The notes: generated from the letters alone by a model not told the origin. 64,000 nucleotides of DNA from Planctomycetota bacterium (GCA_014240375.1 JAAZXB010000007.1:80350-144349); one strand, 5' to 3'; positions 10,001 through 19,868 are shown, counted from the stretch's first letter. Made by a program: numbers and translations.

Positions 10001-10532
10001 AGTAGCACATCCGGCGCAGCCGCTCGGCATTGACCAGCAGATCCAGAGCCTCCACCTCGATGGCGGCTGCGATCAACAGGACATTTTCCGCGGAAATCGC
10101 TGTTTCCACATCACCATCAAAAGTCCACAACTGATCGATGCAAGGATCGGTACTGGTGGCCACCATCTCGACGAACGCTGCACCTGTGGCCGCGGCAAAT
10201 TCAGCAGAAGTGCAAGGGCCCGTCGGCCAGCTGGTGGGTGCTGGCGCGGGACCGCCAGTTGAAGAAGAGGATCCCATTCTGATTGCAGTTTGCAGGTCGC
10301 GACCACTTCCCCGCGGCCTCGTTGTCAACGCCTCGGCTGGATTCGCGGCATGGCCACCACTGCATCGGGCATCGAGAAACGCCGTCTCCGACTCCAGATG
10401 CCCCCGGGGCGCTTGAATAACCGAGGACTGTACGAGCGATAATGGTCCCGGGGCTGGCGGTGCGGAAGGAGGAACCTGACCCAACGAAACAGACACCGAC
10501 AGACCCAAAATCACGGATAGCAAACGAACCAT
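7056..10532 (-). CDS. Secreted peptidase M9 (microbial collagenase-like) with FN3 domain and C-terminal dockerin-type repeat pair
   Basis: HEYTH zinc motif followed by NEGLAEYL (third-ligand Glu), as in M9 collagenases. FN3-like segment (VTLSWNANPEPDLSGYFVHRS). The C-terminus has two Ca-loop/helix repeats (DTNGSGTLDISDTIFLLDYLF and DTNADGSIDISDAIYLLLYLF). Start moved to ATG 10532 (MVRLLSVILGLSVSVSLG signal peptide). Confidence 0.8.
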   Translation of the reverse strand: MVRLLSVILGLSVSVSLGQVPPSAPPAPGPLSLVQSSVIQAPRGHLESETAFLDARCSGGHAANPAEALTTRPRGSGRDLQTAIRMGSSSSTGGPAPAPTSWPTGPCTSAEFAAATGAAFVEMVATSTDPCIDQLWTFDGDVETAISAENVLLIAAAIEVEALDLLVNAERLRRMCYFYQIAFYHQFYQASVSYDDPTFAAAVQAMVTVGQQPELITVDPPLSLLSQWLVSIDSTNASVSLIPQIEAVLDRYSSDPAHEDEYQERLMAYRCLFTLARQIGNENNSGGVNSPWYSAVSPALVAAVAVIALDTTYTDDNEYVVLNALWVMNRMAFLEQTTRDAAHDILTQAYNLHIPYSGPWLRAVIDLDMQFAGQLYGGGLLDLVQIRSEVMAIALPNEYLFDQGRLKFLTAIDLDVANQLYDAIQEVESQFYRKSGALEAVPGDTNEVLTLVIYGSPQDYSNYQPFLYGLSTNNGGIFIEGWGTLFTYDRTPAQSIYTLEELLRHEYTHFLDSRYLITGSFGESGSLYEGNRMVWYNEGLAEYLVGATRINGVLPRGILLDRISTDSTRLTVADITSATYGSFTFYRYAGVYFEFLEELRPDLLAALFEAVLGNDIVVLDALYASMANDPQLQVDYDGFIDAQIALLQQGTGLFAEDVPTVATPTTLANDNAGQVLGQLQSVLPGGGAFHVWENRFQYQYSETTPLGGQPIEDYRESTDLVLDGQLGQLTGLSDNMTSAVAWFGETTVSADLATSTIVFEGPYSATAADVVAPSPPTGVVAVSANGSVTLSWNANPEPDLSGYFVHRSVVAGGPYSLVNPLPLQENVFVDSEAGAGQLHYVITAIDASDNESLQSLEVTVESTIDILVINGYFDAGNTGYQVTYLDVLDGLGIGYQAWDPFVDGPLTTALLAEYTDGVVIWPVGYFHSGYPDQLGPARQALLMEYLQGGGNLVLSGAYATAYLDTTALFSNYLFLQHEQWDMGLPGLLGEAGNPLGDGLDLQLSSGAYQSEMTPLPPAQRAFSYDPASGTGTLQGGGAAVVTVDQGHKAAVLAFPFSSVVAADRTPLLARILEWMLPPSPCTDPFIRGDTNGSGTLDISDTIFLLDYLFATGAQPNPEEAGDTNADGSIDISDAIYLLLYLFNAGEPPAAPFPDAGCP

Positions 10533-11022
10533 GGTGAATCTCAATCCTGAAGTGGTAAGAGCCGGTGGAGTCCTATACATCGGCTCCTCCAACCATTCAT
10601 TATACCTCAGTCAGATCACCATCCAAATTCTTCCATTTCATGGATAACAAGCTAAAGAAGCTTCAGCAGCGGACTTTGCATGACTTCCAGGAGCCTTCAG
10701 AAATGGCGGCATCTTCTCGCTGGAAGAGAATCCTAGCAGGAACAGGCCTGCTGCCATCTGAGTCTGGCGCATCACGTCGATACTGGTCCCGGCTTCAATC
10801 CCTCCGACGATGTGTTGAGCGTCGAAACCAGGGCAAAGAGCCATCCTCCCTGCTCTTCGACCAGACGAGTCATCGCTTCTCGTGGATCGGACGGTCAGGG
10901 CTGCGCGGATTCTTGTTGGTTTTCCAAGTCGATGTGCTCCTATTGATGGCGCTGATCTCGATTGAGTATTCTCCGTTCTGCATGCGGGAGACATGAGGCT
11001 ATCACGGTGAAGGGCCATCATC

Positions 11023-11661
11023 TTGACTGCGAGAAAACCGAAGACCATTTCGAAGATCTGGAAGGCCGGAATCAGCCATCTGTGCCGGGTCGATCCCCAT
11101 CTGGCTCGGGTGATCACGGCCTACAGCGGACAGCCTCTGATCATCGAGCGACGCCGTTCCCCCTTCGAGTTCCTGCTACGCTCCATCATCTTCCAGCAAC
11201 TCTCGGGTCAGGCCGCCGGCACGATCCATCGCCGGTTCCTCGATCTCTTCCCGATGAAACGACCGACTCCCGTGCGAGTCTCGAAATTGAAGCCCGCTAG
11301 TTTTCGCAAGGTTGGAGTCTCCGGCGGCAAGGAGCGCGCCATCCTCGACCTGGCTCGCCATGCTCGCGCAGGGCTGATTCCAGGATTCGCAGCGCTCGAA
11401 CAGATGGACGATGAACAGATCATCGACACGATCACCCCGGTCCACGGCATCGGTCGCTGGACCGTCGAGATGTTACTGATTTTTCAACTGGGAAGACCCG
11501 ATGTGCTCCCTGTCGCCGACCTCGGTGTCCGGAAGGGATTCGCACGGATGCGTGGCAAGAAGGTACTTCCAACCCCCAAACAACTGACCCGCGCCGCCAA
11601 GAAGTGGCAACCCTACCGCAGCATCGGCAGCTGGTACTGCTGGCGAGCGACCGAGATGTAA
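11023..11661 (+). CDS. DNA-3-methyladenine glycosylase II (AlkA-like, HhH-GPD superfamily)
   Basis: 212 aa. SIIFQQLSGQAAGTI, helix-hairpin-helix VHGIGRWTVEMLLIF and catalytic-Asp region VLPVADLGVRKG. TTG start. Confidence 0.8.
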   Translation: MTARKPKTISKIWKAGISHLCRVDPHLARVITAYSGQPLIIERRRSPFEFLLRSIIFQQLSGQAAGTIHRRFLDLFPMKRPTPVRVSKLKPASFRKVGVSGGKERAILDLARHARAGLIPGFAALEQMDDEQIIDTITPVHGIGRWTVEMLLIFQLGRPDVLPVADLGVRKGFARMRGKKVLPTPKQLTRAAKKWQPYRSIGSWYCWRATEM

Positions 11662-11693
11662 GGGTTTCCTTCTCGCAGAAATCGCAGTTTGTC

Positions 11694-14600
11694 TCACTGC
11701 TCCTTGCCAGAAACTGTCGCCAGCTTGTGCACCGTGAAATGGACAAACGACTCCGCAGGACCGCTCTCCTCGAACTGCAGGCCCCAGTTCAGGTGCATCT
11801 GCATGGCCGGTTTCATCGTCGGGATCATCAGTCGCACTTGATGGCCATCTGCCGACAGGGTTGCCGAGTCGATGGCCAAATCGGTGGTTCCTTCATCCCC
11901 TTGATCCAGATCCAGTTTTGGTGAGCCGTAGTTGCTGCTCCAGCGGTAGTTCCAGCCCTCCAGCTGGAAGGAGGCGGCAAGAGACTCTAGAGGCGTGGTG
12001 ACTTGTTGATTGAAGGTGATCAACAAACCATCGGTGAGTGCTCTGACCTGCAAGGGATAGGGCAATGGAGAATCTGTTTTCCTGACCCGGTAGAAGCCGC
12101 CCGGCTCGGTCTTGTCGGAGGACCAGCCAAACAAACCGGAGAGATAGAGACTGCCGTCTGGATGGAATCTACCGCGCATGGTGCCGGTGGGAGTCTCGAT
12201 CGGCAGCGGCACGAAGCCTCCCTGATGGACGCCATCGACCTCATCTTCTAGCAACAGATACACCTCGCCGGTGCCATAGGAGAGTCCCAGTAATTTCCCC
12301 GACAGATCCCCCCAAACACCTTCGGGCACCCGCACTTGTGCCGCCGGTGACCGATCCACCGTCGGATGAATCCAGCACAACGGAGGTTCGTACTCGGTTC
12401 GCATCTCATCGACACCCAGCATGACTCCACTCCAATTATTGCCATGAAAGGAACCCGCTGCGATGCGATTGATGCGATTGGCGGGCATCCAGTGGCCCTC
12501 CTGATCGGAACCCCAGGCGATACCATCGGCATCGACTGCCAGACCATTCGGTGCACGGAAGCCAGAGGCCACCATCTTTGAACTGGATCCATCCGCTACC
12601 ACCTGGATCAGCGTGCCATGCTGAGGATGTGCCGGCAACTTGGCATGACGAGCAGCTTTCAGGTAATAGATGCTACCGTCGGGGCCCTCCTGTAAACCAC
12701 CTGCCGGTTCATGAAAATGAGGAGAGTTCATCGCATCGACATTGAAGCCCTCGTAGTGATCGGTTTCGCCGTCGTCGTCGAGGTCGACCAGCCGTGTGAT
12801 CTGATCTCTTCCCAGCACCAGGATCTCTTCCTGTCCCGACTCGCCGCGGGTCAACAACCCGAGCGGCTGACTGAGGCCACTGGCGATGCGCTGCCAGCGG
12901 AGGTTTTTGAGCCCGGCGTCGAGGCCATCGACTCGCCAGACGTCACCGTTCCAGGTCGAGATCGCCGCCGAATTCCCTCCATCGAGGAAGTCAAAATCAC
13001 CAAATCGCATCCAGGAGTTCCAGGGATTCTCGTCGGGCCAGGAGATCCTGTCGATCTCGAAGGGGTGTTTTTGAGTGATGGCGCTTGCCGATTGCAGATC
13101 GGCGATGAACTCACCGAGTCTCGATTGCGGGCCATACCACTGAAGCAGTTCTCCCTCGACATCTGAATCGGTGGAAGGAAGCAGAACCGAGGCCTTGCGC
13201 TGCCACACCGGAAACTCCCCCGACATATCGGCACTTTCGACGATCAGAAACTGAGCGTCCAGATCGCCGCGCAGCCCGTAGGCGGTCACGATCGGCTCTC
13301 CCGACTCCTCTGCCAGAGCCAGGATTCCCTCGGAGTGAATCACCTCTCTATGGATGCGGATTCCATCGATATAGCCGCTGAACCAGGGGTCTTCGGGAAA
13401 GTTCTCCGAAGTGAAGCCGATCTGGATGACGGTATTCTCGACCGGTCCACCAGGACTGAGCAATCCTTCTCCATCCTGTTTCCCATCGACATAGAGTTTG
13501 ATCCTGCCTTCCCTTGGATTCCAGCTGAAGGCGACATGGTGCCAGCGCCCGTCGGTGACCTGCTGCTCACCTGCCACCGCGCCGACCCAGCCGATGTCGA
13601 AGCACAGATGTCCATCGCGGATGAAGAAGGCCTTTCCATCGTGGATCCACCGACCTTCCTCAGATGTCTGGGAAAAGAGACTGCCGTCCTTTGTCGTATG
13701 AACCCATGCCGCAAAAGTCATCGCATCGCTCGTGAACTCAAAATTGTCATGACGAGTCCACAAGGCACGGGCAGTACCATCGAAATCGAGCGCTCGCCCC
13801 TTGACCCCTCTTCTCCAGGTCACACCTTCCAGTTTCAGATCTTTCTCACCATCGACGACGCTCGCCATCGTATCGCCAGAACTCTCGTCGCAATCCCAGC
13901 CCGCCAGTGGCCGGGGAGGAGGTGCGCTGACTCTACTGACCACCACAATCGAATCGTCAGTGGAACCGACCGACACTCCCGACTTCGTCCCATCCATCTT
14001 GAACAGTTGAGGGAGATCCCGGACCTGGTGAGGAAGTTCGAAGCGATCCATTTCATCTCCAGCACTTCTGGCGATCAGATCTGCTTCATTCTCATCCCCG
14101 AAGATGGCGTTGCGTTCTCCGGCGAGAGTGATCGTTTCGGGCCACAGTGGATCACTTCCCTGGTTCCATACACTGGCTAGCGGTGACGGGTCGCGGAAAT
14201 AGACCCGTTCGGTGATGACGCGGAATTTCGCCAACTGCTGCTGGCCGGTGATGGGGGCGATGTAGATGTGAACCGGAGCCGGATCTGCCACCTCTGAGCT
14301 GGCCATCAACACGACGCGGCCCTTGTGCGAGGAAACTCGGACGGAATCTCCACCACCACGGATGCCGATGACCATCACAGGTTTCCCACGCTGCAGTATT
14401 ATAAACTCGCCCTTCGCCCCCCCGATAGATGGTGAGAGAACCATCCCAGCTTCGAGGCTCAACAACGAGATCCTCAACATGTCATCGATTCCGATCAGCT
14501 GAATCGATCTCTTCCAGGCGTACAGATCTTCTCCGCGGGTGAAGGCTGCTCGCTCGAACACCCGTGTCTTTCCGATGTTGTAGTGAAGTAGCACTCCATC

Positions 14601-15038
14601 TCGATCGCGCTGGAGCCCTTGCCAGCGCCCACCTTCGAGCGGCCCATAGGGTACCGGGCGTGTCTCGTCAAAGGTGCCCGCCTTACCGACAGCAAACCCG
14701 GGACCTGGAGGATTGATCCAATCAGTCTCTCCTGCGATGCGTGGCCAAATTCCGTGGGGCCCGTCGTAGACGATTCCGCGCAACTCGACAAACTCTCCCG
14801 ACCATGCGGCTGCCCAGCGCAACTCTGCCGTGTCAAAGAGCATCGCGTGCTCTCCATCATCATCGAGCGGGATGGCGATCCCCTTGCAGGCGATATTGTC
14901 GGGGGTGACCTCGATGGCAGCAGACAAGAAGGGGCCATAGTCCATCGCCTGCCACGGTTCATCCTGTCCGTTACAGATTCCTGTCAGGATGAATGTTACT
15001 CCCAGAAAGGAGATGAAACTCAGTTCAACTATCTTCAC
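11694..15038 (-). CDS. Large secreted protein with a LamG/concanavalin-like domain and a beta-propeller (sugar-dehydrogenase-like) region
   Basis: LamG-like block (FTFAAWVHT...WHHVAFSWNPREGRIKLYVDGK) and propeller-like block (GFRAPNGLAVDADGIAWGSDQEGHW). Start moved to GTG 15038 (VKIVELSFISFLGVTFILTG signal peptide) with a GAAGGGAGG RBS 7 nt upstream. Confidence 0.7.
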   Translation of the reverse strand: MKIVELSFISFLGVTFILTGICNGQDEPWQAMDYGPFLSAAIEVTPDNIACKGIAIPLDDDGEHAMLFDTAELRWAAAWSGEFVELRGIVYDGPHGIWPRIAGETDWINPPGPGFAVGKAGTFDETRPVPYGPLEGGRWQGLQRDRDGVLLHYNIGKTRVFERAAFTRGEDLYAWKRSIQLIGIDDMLRISLLSLEAGMVLSPSIGGAKGEFIILQRGKPVMVIGIRGGGDSVRVSSHKGRVVLMASSEVADPAPVHIYIAPITGQQQLAKFRVITERVYFRDPSPLASVWNQGSDPLWPETITLAGERNAIFGDENEADLIARSAGDEMDRFELPHQVRDLPQLFKMDGTKSGVSVGSTDDSIVVVSRVSAPPPRPLAGWDCDESSGDTMASVVDGEKDLKLEGVTWRRGVKGRALDFDGTARALWTRHDNFEFTSDAMTFAAWVHTTKDGSLFSQTSEEGRWIHDGKAFFIRDGHLCFDIGWVGAVAGEQQVTDGRWHHVAFSWNPREGRIKLYVDGKQDGEGLLSPGGPVENTVIQIGFTSENFPEDPWFSGYIDGIRIHREVIHSEGILALAEESGEPIVTAYGLRGDLDAQFLIVESADMSGEFPVWQRKASVLLPSTDSDVEGELLQWYGPQSRLGEFIADLQSASAITQKHPFEIDRISWPDENPWNSWMRFGDFDFLDGGNSAAISTWNGDVWRVDGLDAGLKNLRWQRIASGLSQPLGLLTRGESGQEEILVLGRDQITRLVDLDDDGETDHYEGFNVDAMNSPHFHEPAGGLQEGPDGSIYYLKAARHAKLPAHPQHGTLIQVVADGSSSKMVASGFRAPNGLAVDADGIAWGSDQEGHWMPANRINRIAAGSFHGNNWSGVMLGVDEMRTEYEPPLCWIHPTVDRSPAAQVRVPEGVWGDLSGKLLGLSYGTGEVYLLLEDEVDGVHQGGFVPLPIETPTGTMRGRFHPDGSLYLSGLFGWSSDKTEPGGFYRVRKTDSPLPYPLQVRALTDGLLITFNQQVTTPLESLAASFQLEGWNYRWSSNYGSPKLDLDQGDEGTTDLAIDSATLSADGHQVRLMIPTMKPAMQMHLNWGLQFEESGPAESFVHFTVHKLATVSGKEQ

Positions 15039-15406
15039 GAGATTGCCTCCCTTCTCCGCTGAAGGAGAAATAATCCTTGAGTTCCTGGTTTCGAAAGTCC
15101 TTCGGATTGGCGATCCAGTGGTCTCGAAATTGAACGGGTAACAAATTCGGAGGATCGAGGTCTTCCTTTTGATCTGACAGGTCCAATTGTGAAGTTCCTT
15201 TCGAAGTCGATATTTCATTGCACTGATCGATCATGAAGCAAGTTGTCGGCTCGAATTGCATATGCTAGCCGCACTCTCCGAGGAATCCGACCACGAAAAG
15301 ACCACGTAGATGAAGAAGAGTTCCCCGCATCGCTGGCCCTGGGAATGGCTCTTGGGGTACCCTGTCTGCAGGTCGAGCAGAGCCGGGCGATGGCCTGGCA
15401 GGGAGA

Positions 15407-16804
15407 ATGCCGATGGAGCACCGCATCGAGAAAGACACGATGGGTGAGGTCAAGGTTCCGGTAGATCGATTGTGGGGAGCGCAGACCCAGCGCTCCCTCG
15501 AGAACTTCTGCATCGGGCATGAGCGGATGCGGCGTCCGCTGATCCGCGCGATGGGGCTGGTCAAGCAGGCAGCAGCTGCAGTCAATGCAGAACTGGGCGG
15601 TATCACCTCCGAGATTGCCAGTGCCATCAATTCCGCAGCCGAAGAAGTGATCCATGGTGATCTCGATGATCACTTCCCGCTGGTGGTCTATCAGACTGGA
15701 TCCGGCACCCAGTCCAACATGAACTGTAACGAGGTGATCGCCAACCGGGCCAACCAGGCACTCGGGCAACCACTCGGCAGTCAGAATCCAGTGCATCCCA
15801 ACGATCATGTCAATCACGCCCAGAGCACCAACGATTCCTTTCCTACCGCCATCCATGTCGCCTGCGCCAGTGAGTGCCACGATCGACTACTCCCCGCCAT
15901 CGATGCCTTGAGGAAATGTTTGGATGAGAAAGCTGGGGAGTTTTCAACCGTGGTCAAGATCGGCCGAACTCACCTGCAGGATGCCACTCCACTGACCCTC
16001 GGGCAGGAAATCTCCGGTTGGTCCGATCAACTGCGCATCACTCAACGGCAGATCCAGGACTCCCTGACACTGGTTCTCGAGTTACCGATCGGGGGCACAG
16101 CAGTCGGTACCGGCCTCAACACTCGCCCTGGATATGCCGAGAAGGTTCCTGCGGCACTGGCGAGTAAGACCGGCATCCCGTTCATCCCGGCACCCAACAA
16201 GTTTGCTCAGCTCGGTGGCAAGGAAGCGATCGTCGGTCTCTCCGGCAGCCTCAAAAGTCTGGCCACCGCACTGCACAAGATCGCTAACGATGTCCGCTGG
16301 CTCGCCAGTGGTCCCCGCTGTGGCATCGGAGAGATTACCATTCCCGCCAATGAGCCGGGGTCCTCGATCATGCCTGGAAAGGTCAATCCGACCCAGTCCG
16401 AGGCGATGACGATGGCGTGTGCACGAGTGATCGGCAACGACGCATCCATCGGCTTCAGCGGAGCGCTTGGCAATTTCGAACTGAATGTCTACATGCCGGT
16501 GATCGGCGATTGCATCTTGCAATCGATCGACCTACTGGCCTCTTCCATCAATTCATTTCGAGAGAACTGCGCCTCGGGTATCGAACCGGTCCAGCAGCAC
16601 ATCGATGAGCTCCTGCACCGCTCGTTGATGCTGGTCACCGCTCTCAACCCTCACATCGGTTACGACAAGGCTGCCGACGTGGCAAAGACTGCCCATGCTG
16701 AGGGCAAGACCTTGCGCGAAGTGGCGGTGGAAAAAGGGTATTGCAGTGCTGAAGAGTTCGATGGCTGGGTCATCCCATCCGAGATGACTTTCCCAGCCAA
16801 CTGA
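15407..16804 (+). CDS. fumC: Fumarate hydratase class II
   Basis: 465 aa. EKDTMGEVKVPVDRLWGAQTQRS N-terminus and the GSSIMPGKVNPTQSEA signature loop. Confidence 0.95.
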   Translation: MPMEHRIEKDTMGEVKVPVDRLWGAQTQRSLENFCIGHERMRRPLIRAMGLVKQAAAAVNAELGGITSEIASAINSAAEEVIHGDLDDHFPLVVYQTGSGTQSNMNCNEVIANRANQALGQPLGSQNPVHPNDHVNHAQSTNDSFPTAIHVACASECHDRLLPAIDALRKCLDEKAGEFSTVVKIGRTHLQDATPLTLGQEISGWSDQLRITQRQIQDSLTLVLELPIGGTAVGTGLNTRPGYAEKVPAALASKTGIPFIPAPNKFAQLGGKEAIVGLSGSLKSLATALHKIANDVRWLASGPRCGIGEITIPANEPGSSIMPGKVNPTQSEAMTMACARVIGNDASIGFSGALGNFELNVYMPVIGDCILQSIDLLASSINSFRENCASGIEPVQQHIDELLHRSLMLVTALNPHIGYDKAADVAKTAHAEGKTLREVAVEKGYCSAEEFDGWVIPSEMTFPAN

Positions 16805-16823
16805 AACCATCTCCGGGGCCAGT

Positions 16824-17270
16824 CTAGGACCGTTCATACTCCAGTAGGTAACCCTGGAAGAGTCGCAAGTGCTCCTCTTCATCTGCCAGCAAGGTCACGC
16901 AAATATCCTCGGTGACCGGATCATCATCGCACATCTGAATGATCTTCTTGTATTGCGCCACTGCGGTCTCTTCGGTTTCGATGACTCCCCGGATCACACT
17001 GAGCACATCGGTCGGATCATCAGTGGGTTGAAGTGATTTCTGTCCCGGCCTGAATTGCATGCTGCCAGGAATGGTGCCGCCGATGATATGAATACGTCGA
17101 GCCAAAGCCTGAGCATGTTGTGTCTCTTCGACCACATCCGCAGCGAGCGATTGCTTGATCGGCTCCGCACGGGCGCCGACAAGATTGGTCGAGGCGCAGA
17201 TGAAGTTGATCACCGCTTCCAGTTCCATCCAGTACGCGCGGGTCAACTCTGCTATCAATTCCTTGTTCAT
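16824..17270 (-). CDS. Ferritin/Dps-like four-helix-bundle protein
   Basis: 148 aa. Pattern AYWMELEA...EETQHAQALARRI...ETEETAVAQY...LADEEEHLRLF has paired E/H metal-ligand-like positions typical of the ferritin-like superfamily. Confidence 0.6.
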   Translation of the reverse strand: MNKELIAELTRAYWMELEAVINFICASTNLVGARAEPIKQSLAADVVEETQHAQALARRIHIIGGTIPGSMQFRPGQKSLQPTDDPTDVLSVIRGVIETEETAVAQYKKIIQMCDDDPVTEDICVTLLADEEEHLRLFQGYLLEYERS

Positions 17271-17320
17271 CTAGTTCCCCTCATCGATGTGGGATCAGTG
17301 ACTGATCTCCGTTGTTCGAT

Positions 17321-17356
17321 AAAAAATCAACCGGAGCGCCTTGGATGCGCTCCGGT
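17321..17356 (-). terminator. Rho-independent terminator downstream of leuS
   Basis: 10-bp perfect stem accggagcgc / gcgctccggt (17330-17339 and 17347-17356) with a 7-nt loop, followed on the minus strand by a T-run (plus-strand aaaaaa at 17321-17326). Confidence 0.65.
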
Positions 17357-17444
17357 CGTTCCTGAAGACCCGATCCGAAGATCGATTTCCATCGGTTTCA
17401 GTGACGCGCCTTGAATTCAATCGCCGGAACGCTGCAGTTCAAAC

Positions 17445-19868
17445 TCAGCGAACCACCAGGTTCACCATTCGACCGGGGACCCACACGAACTTGACGATTT
17501 CCTTGCCTTCGGTGTACTCCTGCACGCGGGAGTCAGCAAGGACTTGTTGCTGGATCTGTTCCTGACCGATATCGACGGCCACTTCGATCTTGCTACGAAC
17601 CTTGCCGTTGACCTGCACCGGAACTTCGACCAACTCCTGCTGAAGCCAACGTGGATCCGCCTGTGGAAACTCCTCCCACATCAGCGACTCTTCATGTCCC
17701 AGTGCACTCCACAACTCCTCGGCCAGATGCGGGGCATACGGGGCGAGCACCAGACAGAAAGGTTCCAGGATCGCCCTTGGCCGCGTCTCCAGCGGATTGA
17801 GTTCGTTGACAAAAGTCATCATCTGCGCGATGGCCGTATTGAAACGCAATCCCTCGGTATCGTGATCGACCTTGTCGATGGTGCGATGCAATATTCTCAT
17901 CTGGTCATCTGTGGCCGGTGCTGACAGGGTGCCGTGCAACTGATCATCCTGGTCAAAAAAGAGCCGCCAGACACGATCGAGGAATCTGCGCGCCCCCATC
18001 AAACCACCGGTGGACCACGGTTTGTCCGCTTCGATGGGGCCCATGAACATCTCGTAGACCCGCAGTGAGTCGGCACCTTGCTCTGCAATCACATCGAGAG
18101 GGTCAACAACGTTGCCGAATCGCTTCGACATCTTGCGGTGGTCCTCGCCGAGGATCATCCCCTGATTGACCAGTTTTGCGTACGGCTCATCGACGGGACA
18201 GACCCCGATGTCATGGAGGAACTTGGTCCAGAATCTGGAGTAGAGCAGATGCCCGACCGCGTGCTCCGCTCCACCGAGGTACAGATCGACCGGCATCCAG
18301 CGCTTTGCCAGTTGCGGATCGACCAGAGCCTGATCATTCTTTGGATCGATGAATCGCAGAAAATATGCACTCGATCCGGCACTACCAGGCATCGTATCGA
18401 GTTCTCTGCGAGCTGGAATACTCGATCCTGGAACCTCTGCCTGGCTCCACTGTTGAGCTCTTTCGAGCGGTGACTTTCCGGTACCGGTCGGAGCGAAGTC
18501 ATCGAGATGGGGTAGTTCCAGCGGTAAGGCCGATTCGGGGAGGGGATGTGCCTTCCCCTCATCATCGATGACCACCGGCACCGGTTCTCCCCAGTATCTC
18601 TGACGGGCGAAGATCCAATCGCGCAGGCGATACCGGACGATCCGCTTTCCGATCTTCTTCTCCTCGAGCCACTCGATGCTGGCTGAAATCGCCTGTTCCT
18701 TGCCCATCCCATCGAGGAAGCCACTGTTGACATGAGTCCCCTCCCCGACATAAGCCTCGACAGCCACATCTCCGCCGGCCACCACCTCGACGATCGGCAG
18801 TTTGAAGGTCGTGGCAAAGTCCCAGTCGCGCTGGTCATGCCCCGGAACGCACATGATGGCTCCAGTGCCGTACCCCATCAGAACATAATCGGCGACCCAG
18901 ATCGGCATCGTATCTCCGGTGCACGGATTGATGGCGTGGGCACCGGTGAAGACTCCGGTCTTACCCGCTTCCGTTCCCGATCGCTCGATGTCGCTCTTTC
19001 TGGCGGCCTCCTGGCAGTACGCCTCGACCGCTTCCTGATGCGGAGTATCGGTGAGTTTGCTGACGAATGGATGCTCTGGAGAAAGTACGCAGAAGGTCGA
19101 TCCGAACAGTGTGTCTGGACGAGTGGTGAAGATCTCCATCTTCAGATCTGAATCCACGATGTCAAAGGTCGCATCCGCTCCCTCCGATCGTCCGATGCGA
19201 TCGCGTTGCATCGATTTGATCGACTCCGGAAAGTCGACCTCATCGAGACCTTCGAGCAACCGATCGGCGAAGGCGGTGATTCGAAGCATCCACTGCTTCA
19301 TCGGCTGACGTACCACGTCATATCCGCCGCGTTCACTCTTGCCGTCGATCACCTCGTCATTTGCGAGCACCGTACCCAGCTCCGGGCACCAGTTGACCAT
19401 CGCCTCCTCCTGGAAGGCGAGGTCATGCTCGAGCAGCTTGAGAAAGATCCATTGGGTCCAGTGGTAATAGGTAGGATCGCTGGTGGAGAACTCCCGATCC
19501 CAGTCGTAGGAGTAGCCCATTGCTCGCAGTTGTTTGCTAAAGGTCTCGATGTTCTCCCGGGTCGAGACCTCGGGGTGAACCCCTTTCTCGATGGCATACT
19601 GTTCCGCCGGCAGACCGAAGGCATCGAAGCCCATCGGATGAAGCACATCGAATCCCTTCATCCGGCGATGGCGAGCGATGATGTCACTGGCTGTGTAACC
19701 CTCGGTATGCCCGACGTGGAGCCCGCTCCCCGAAGGATAGGGAAACATGTCGAGAACGTAGTATTTGGGAAGATCGGAACGTATTCCGGCACGGAACAGC
19801 TGGTGTTGATTCCAGTGCGCCTGCCAACGCGGTTCGATTTCTTGAGGTCTGTATCCCATCAGTTCCAT
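17445..19868 (-). CDS. leuS: Leucine--tRNA ligase
   Basis: YRPQEIEPRWQAHW N-terminus, HVGH class-I motif (SGSGLHVGHTEGY) and KMSKR (KMSKS) motif. The track ORF (to 20192) has an implausible 108-aa extension, so the start is set at ATG 19868 (19859 also possible). Confidence 0.95.
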   Translation of the reverse strand: MELMGYRPQEIEPRWQAHWNQHQLFRAGIRSDLPKYYVLDMFPYPSGSGLHVGHTEGYTASDIIARHRRMKGFDVLHPMGFDAFGLPAEQYAIEKGVHPEVSTRENIETFSKQLRAMGYSYDWDREFSTSDPTYYHWTQWIFLKLLEHDLAFQEEAMVNWCPELGTVLANDEVIDGKSERGGYDVVRQPMKQWMLRITAFADRLLEGLDEVDFPESIKSMQRDRIGRSEGADATFDIVDSDLKMEIFTTRPDTLFGSTFCVLSPEHPFVSKLTDTPHQEAVEAYCQEAARKSDIERSGTEAGKTGVFTGAHAINPCTGDTMPIWVADYVLMGYGTGAIMCVPGHDQRDWDFATTFKLPIVEVVAGGDVAVEAYVGEGTHVNSGFLDGMGKEQAISASIEWLEEKKIGKRIVRYRLRDWIFARQRYWGEPVPVVIDDEGKAHPLPESALPLELPHLDDFAPTGTGKSPLERAQQWSQAEVPGSSIPARRELDTMPGSAGSSAYFLRFIDPKNDQALVDPQLAKRWMPVDLYLGGAEHAVGHLLYSRFWTKFLHDIGVCPVDEPYAKLVNQGMILGEDHRKMSKRFGNVVDPLDVIAEQGADSLRVYEMFMGPIEADKPWSTGGLMGARRFLDRVWRLFFDQDDQLHGTLSAPATDDQMRILHRTIDKVDHDTEGLRFNTAIAQMMTFVNELNPLETRPRAILEPFCLVLAPYAPHLAEELWSALGHEESLMWEEFPQADPRWLQQELVEVPVQVNGKVRSKIEVAVDIGQEQIQQQVLADSRVQEYTEGKEIVKFVWVPGRMVNLVVR

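Noticed and set aside
10565-11117. ORFs 10565-10996 (+) and 10638-11117 (-) in the long spacer.
   Set aside because: Third-position GC is lower than in neighbouring genes. The sequences are basic and Ser-rich with no recognisable motifs, there are no good RBS/start combinations, and the minus ORF overlaps the alkA-like start.
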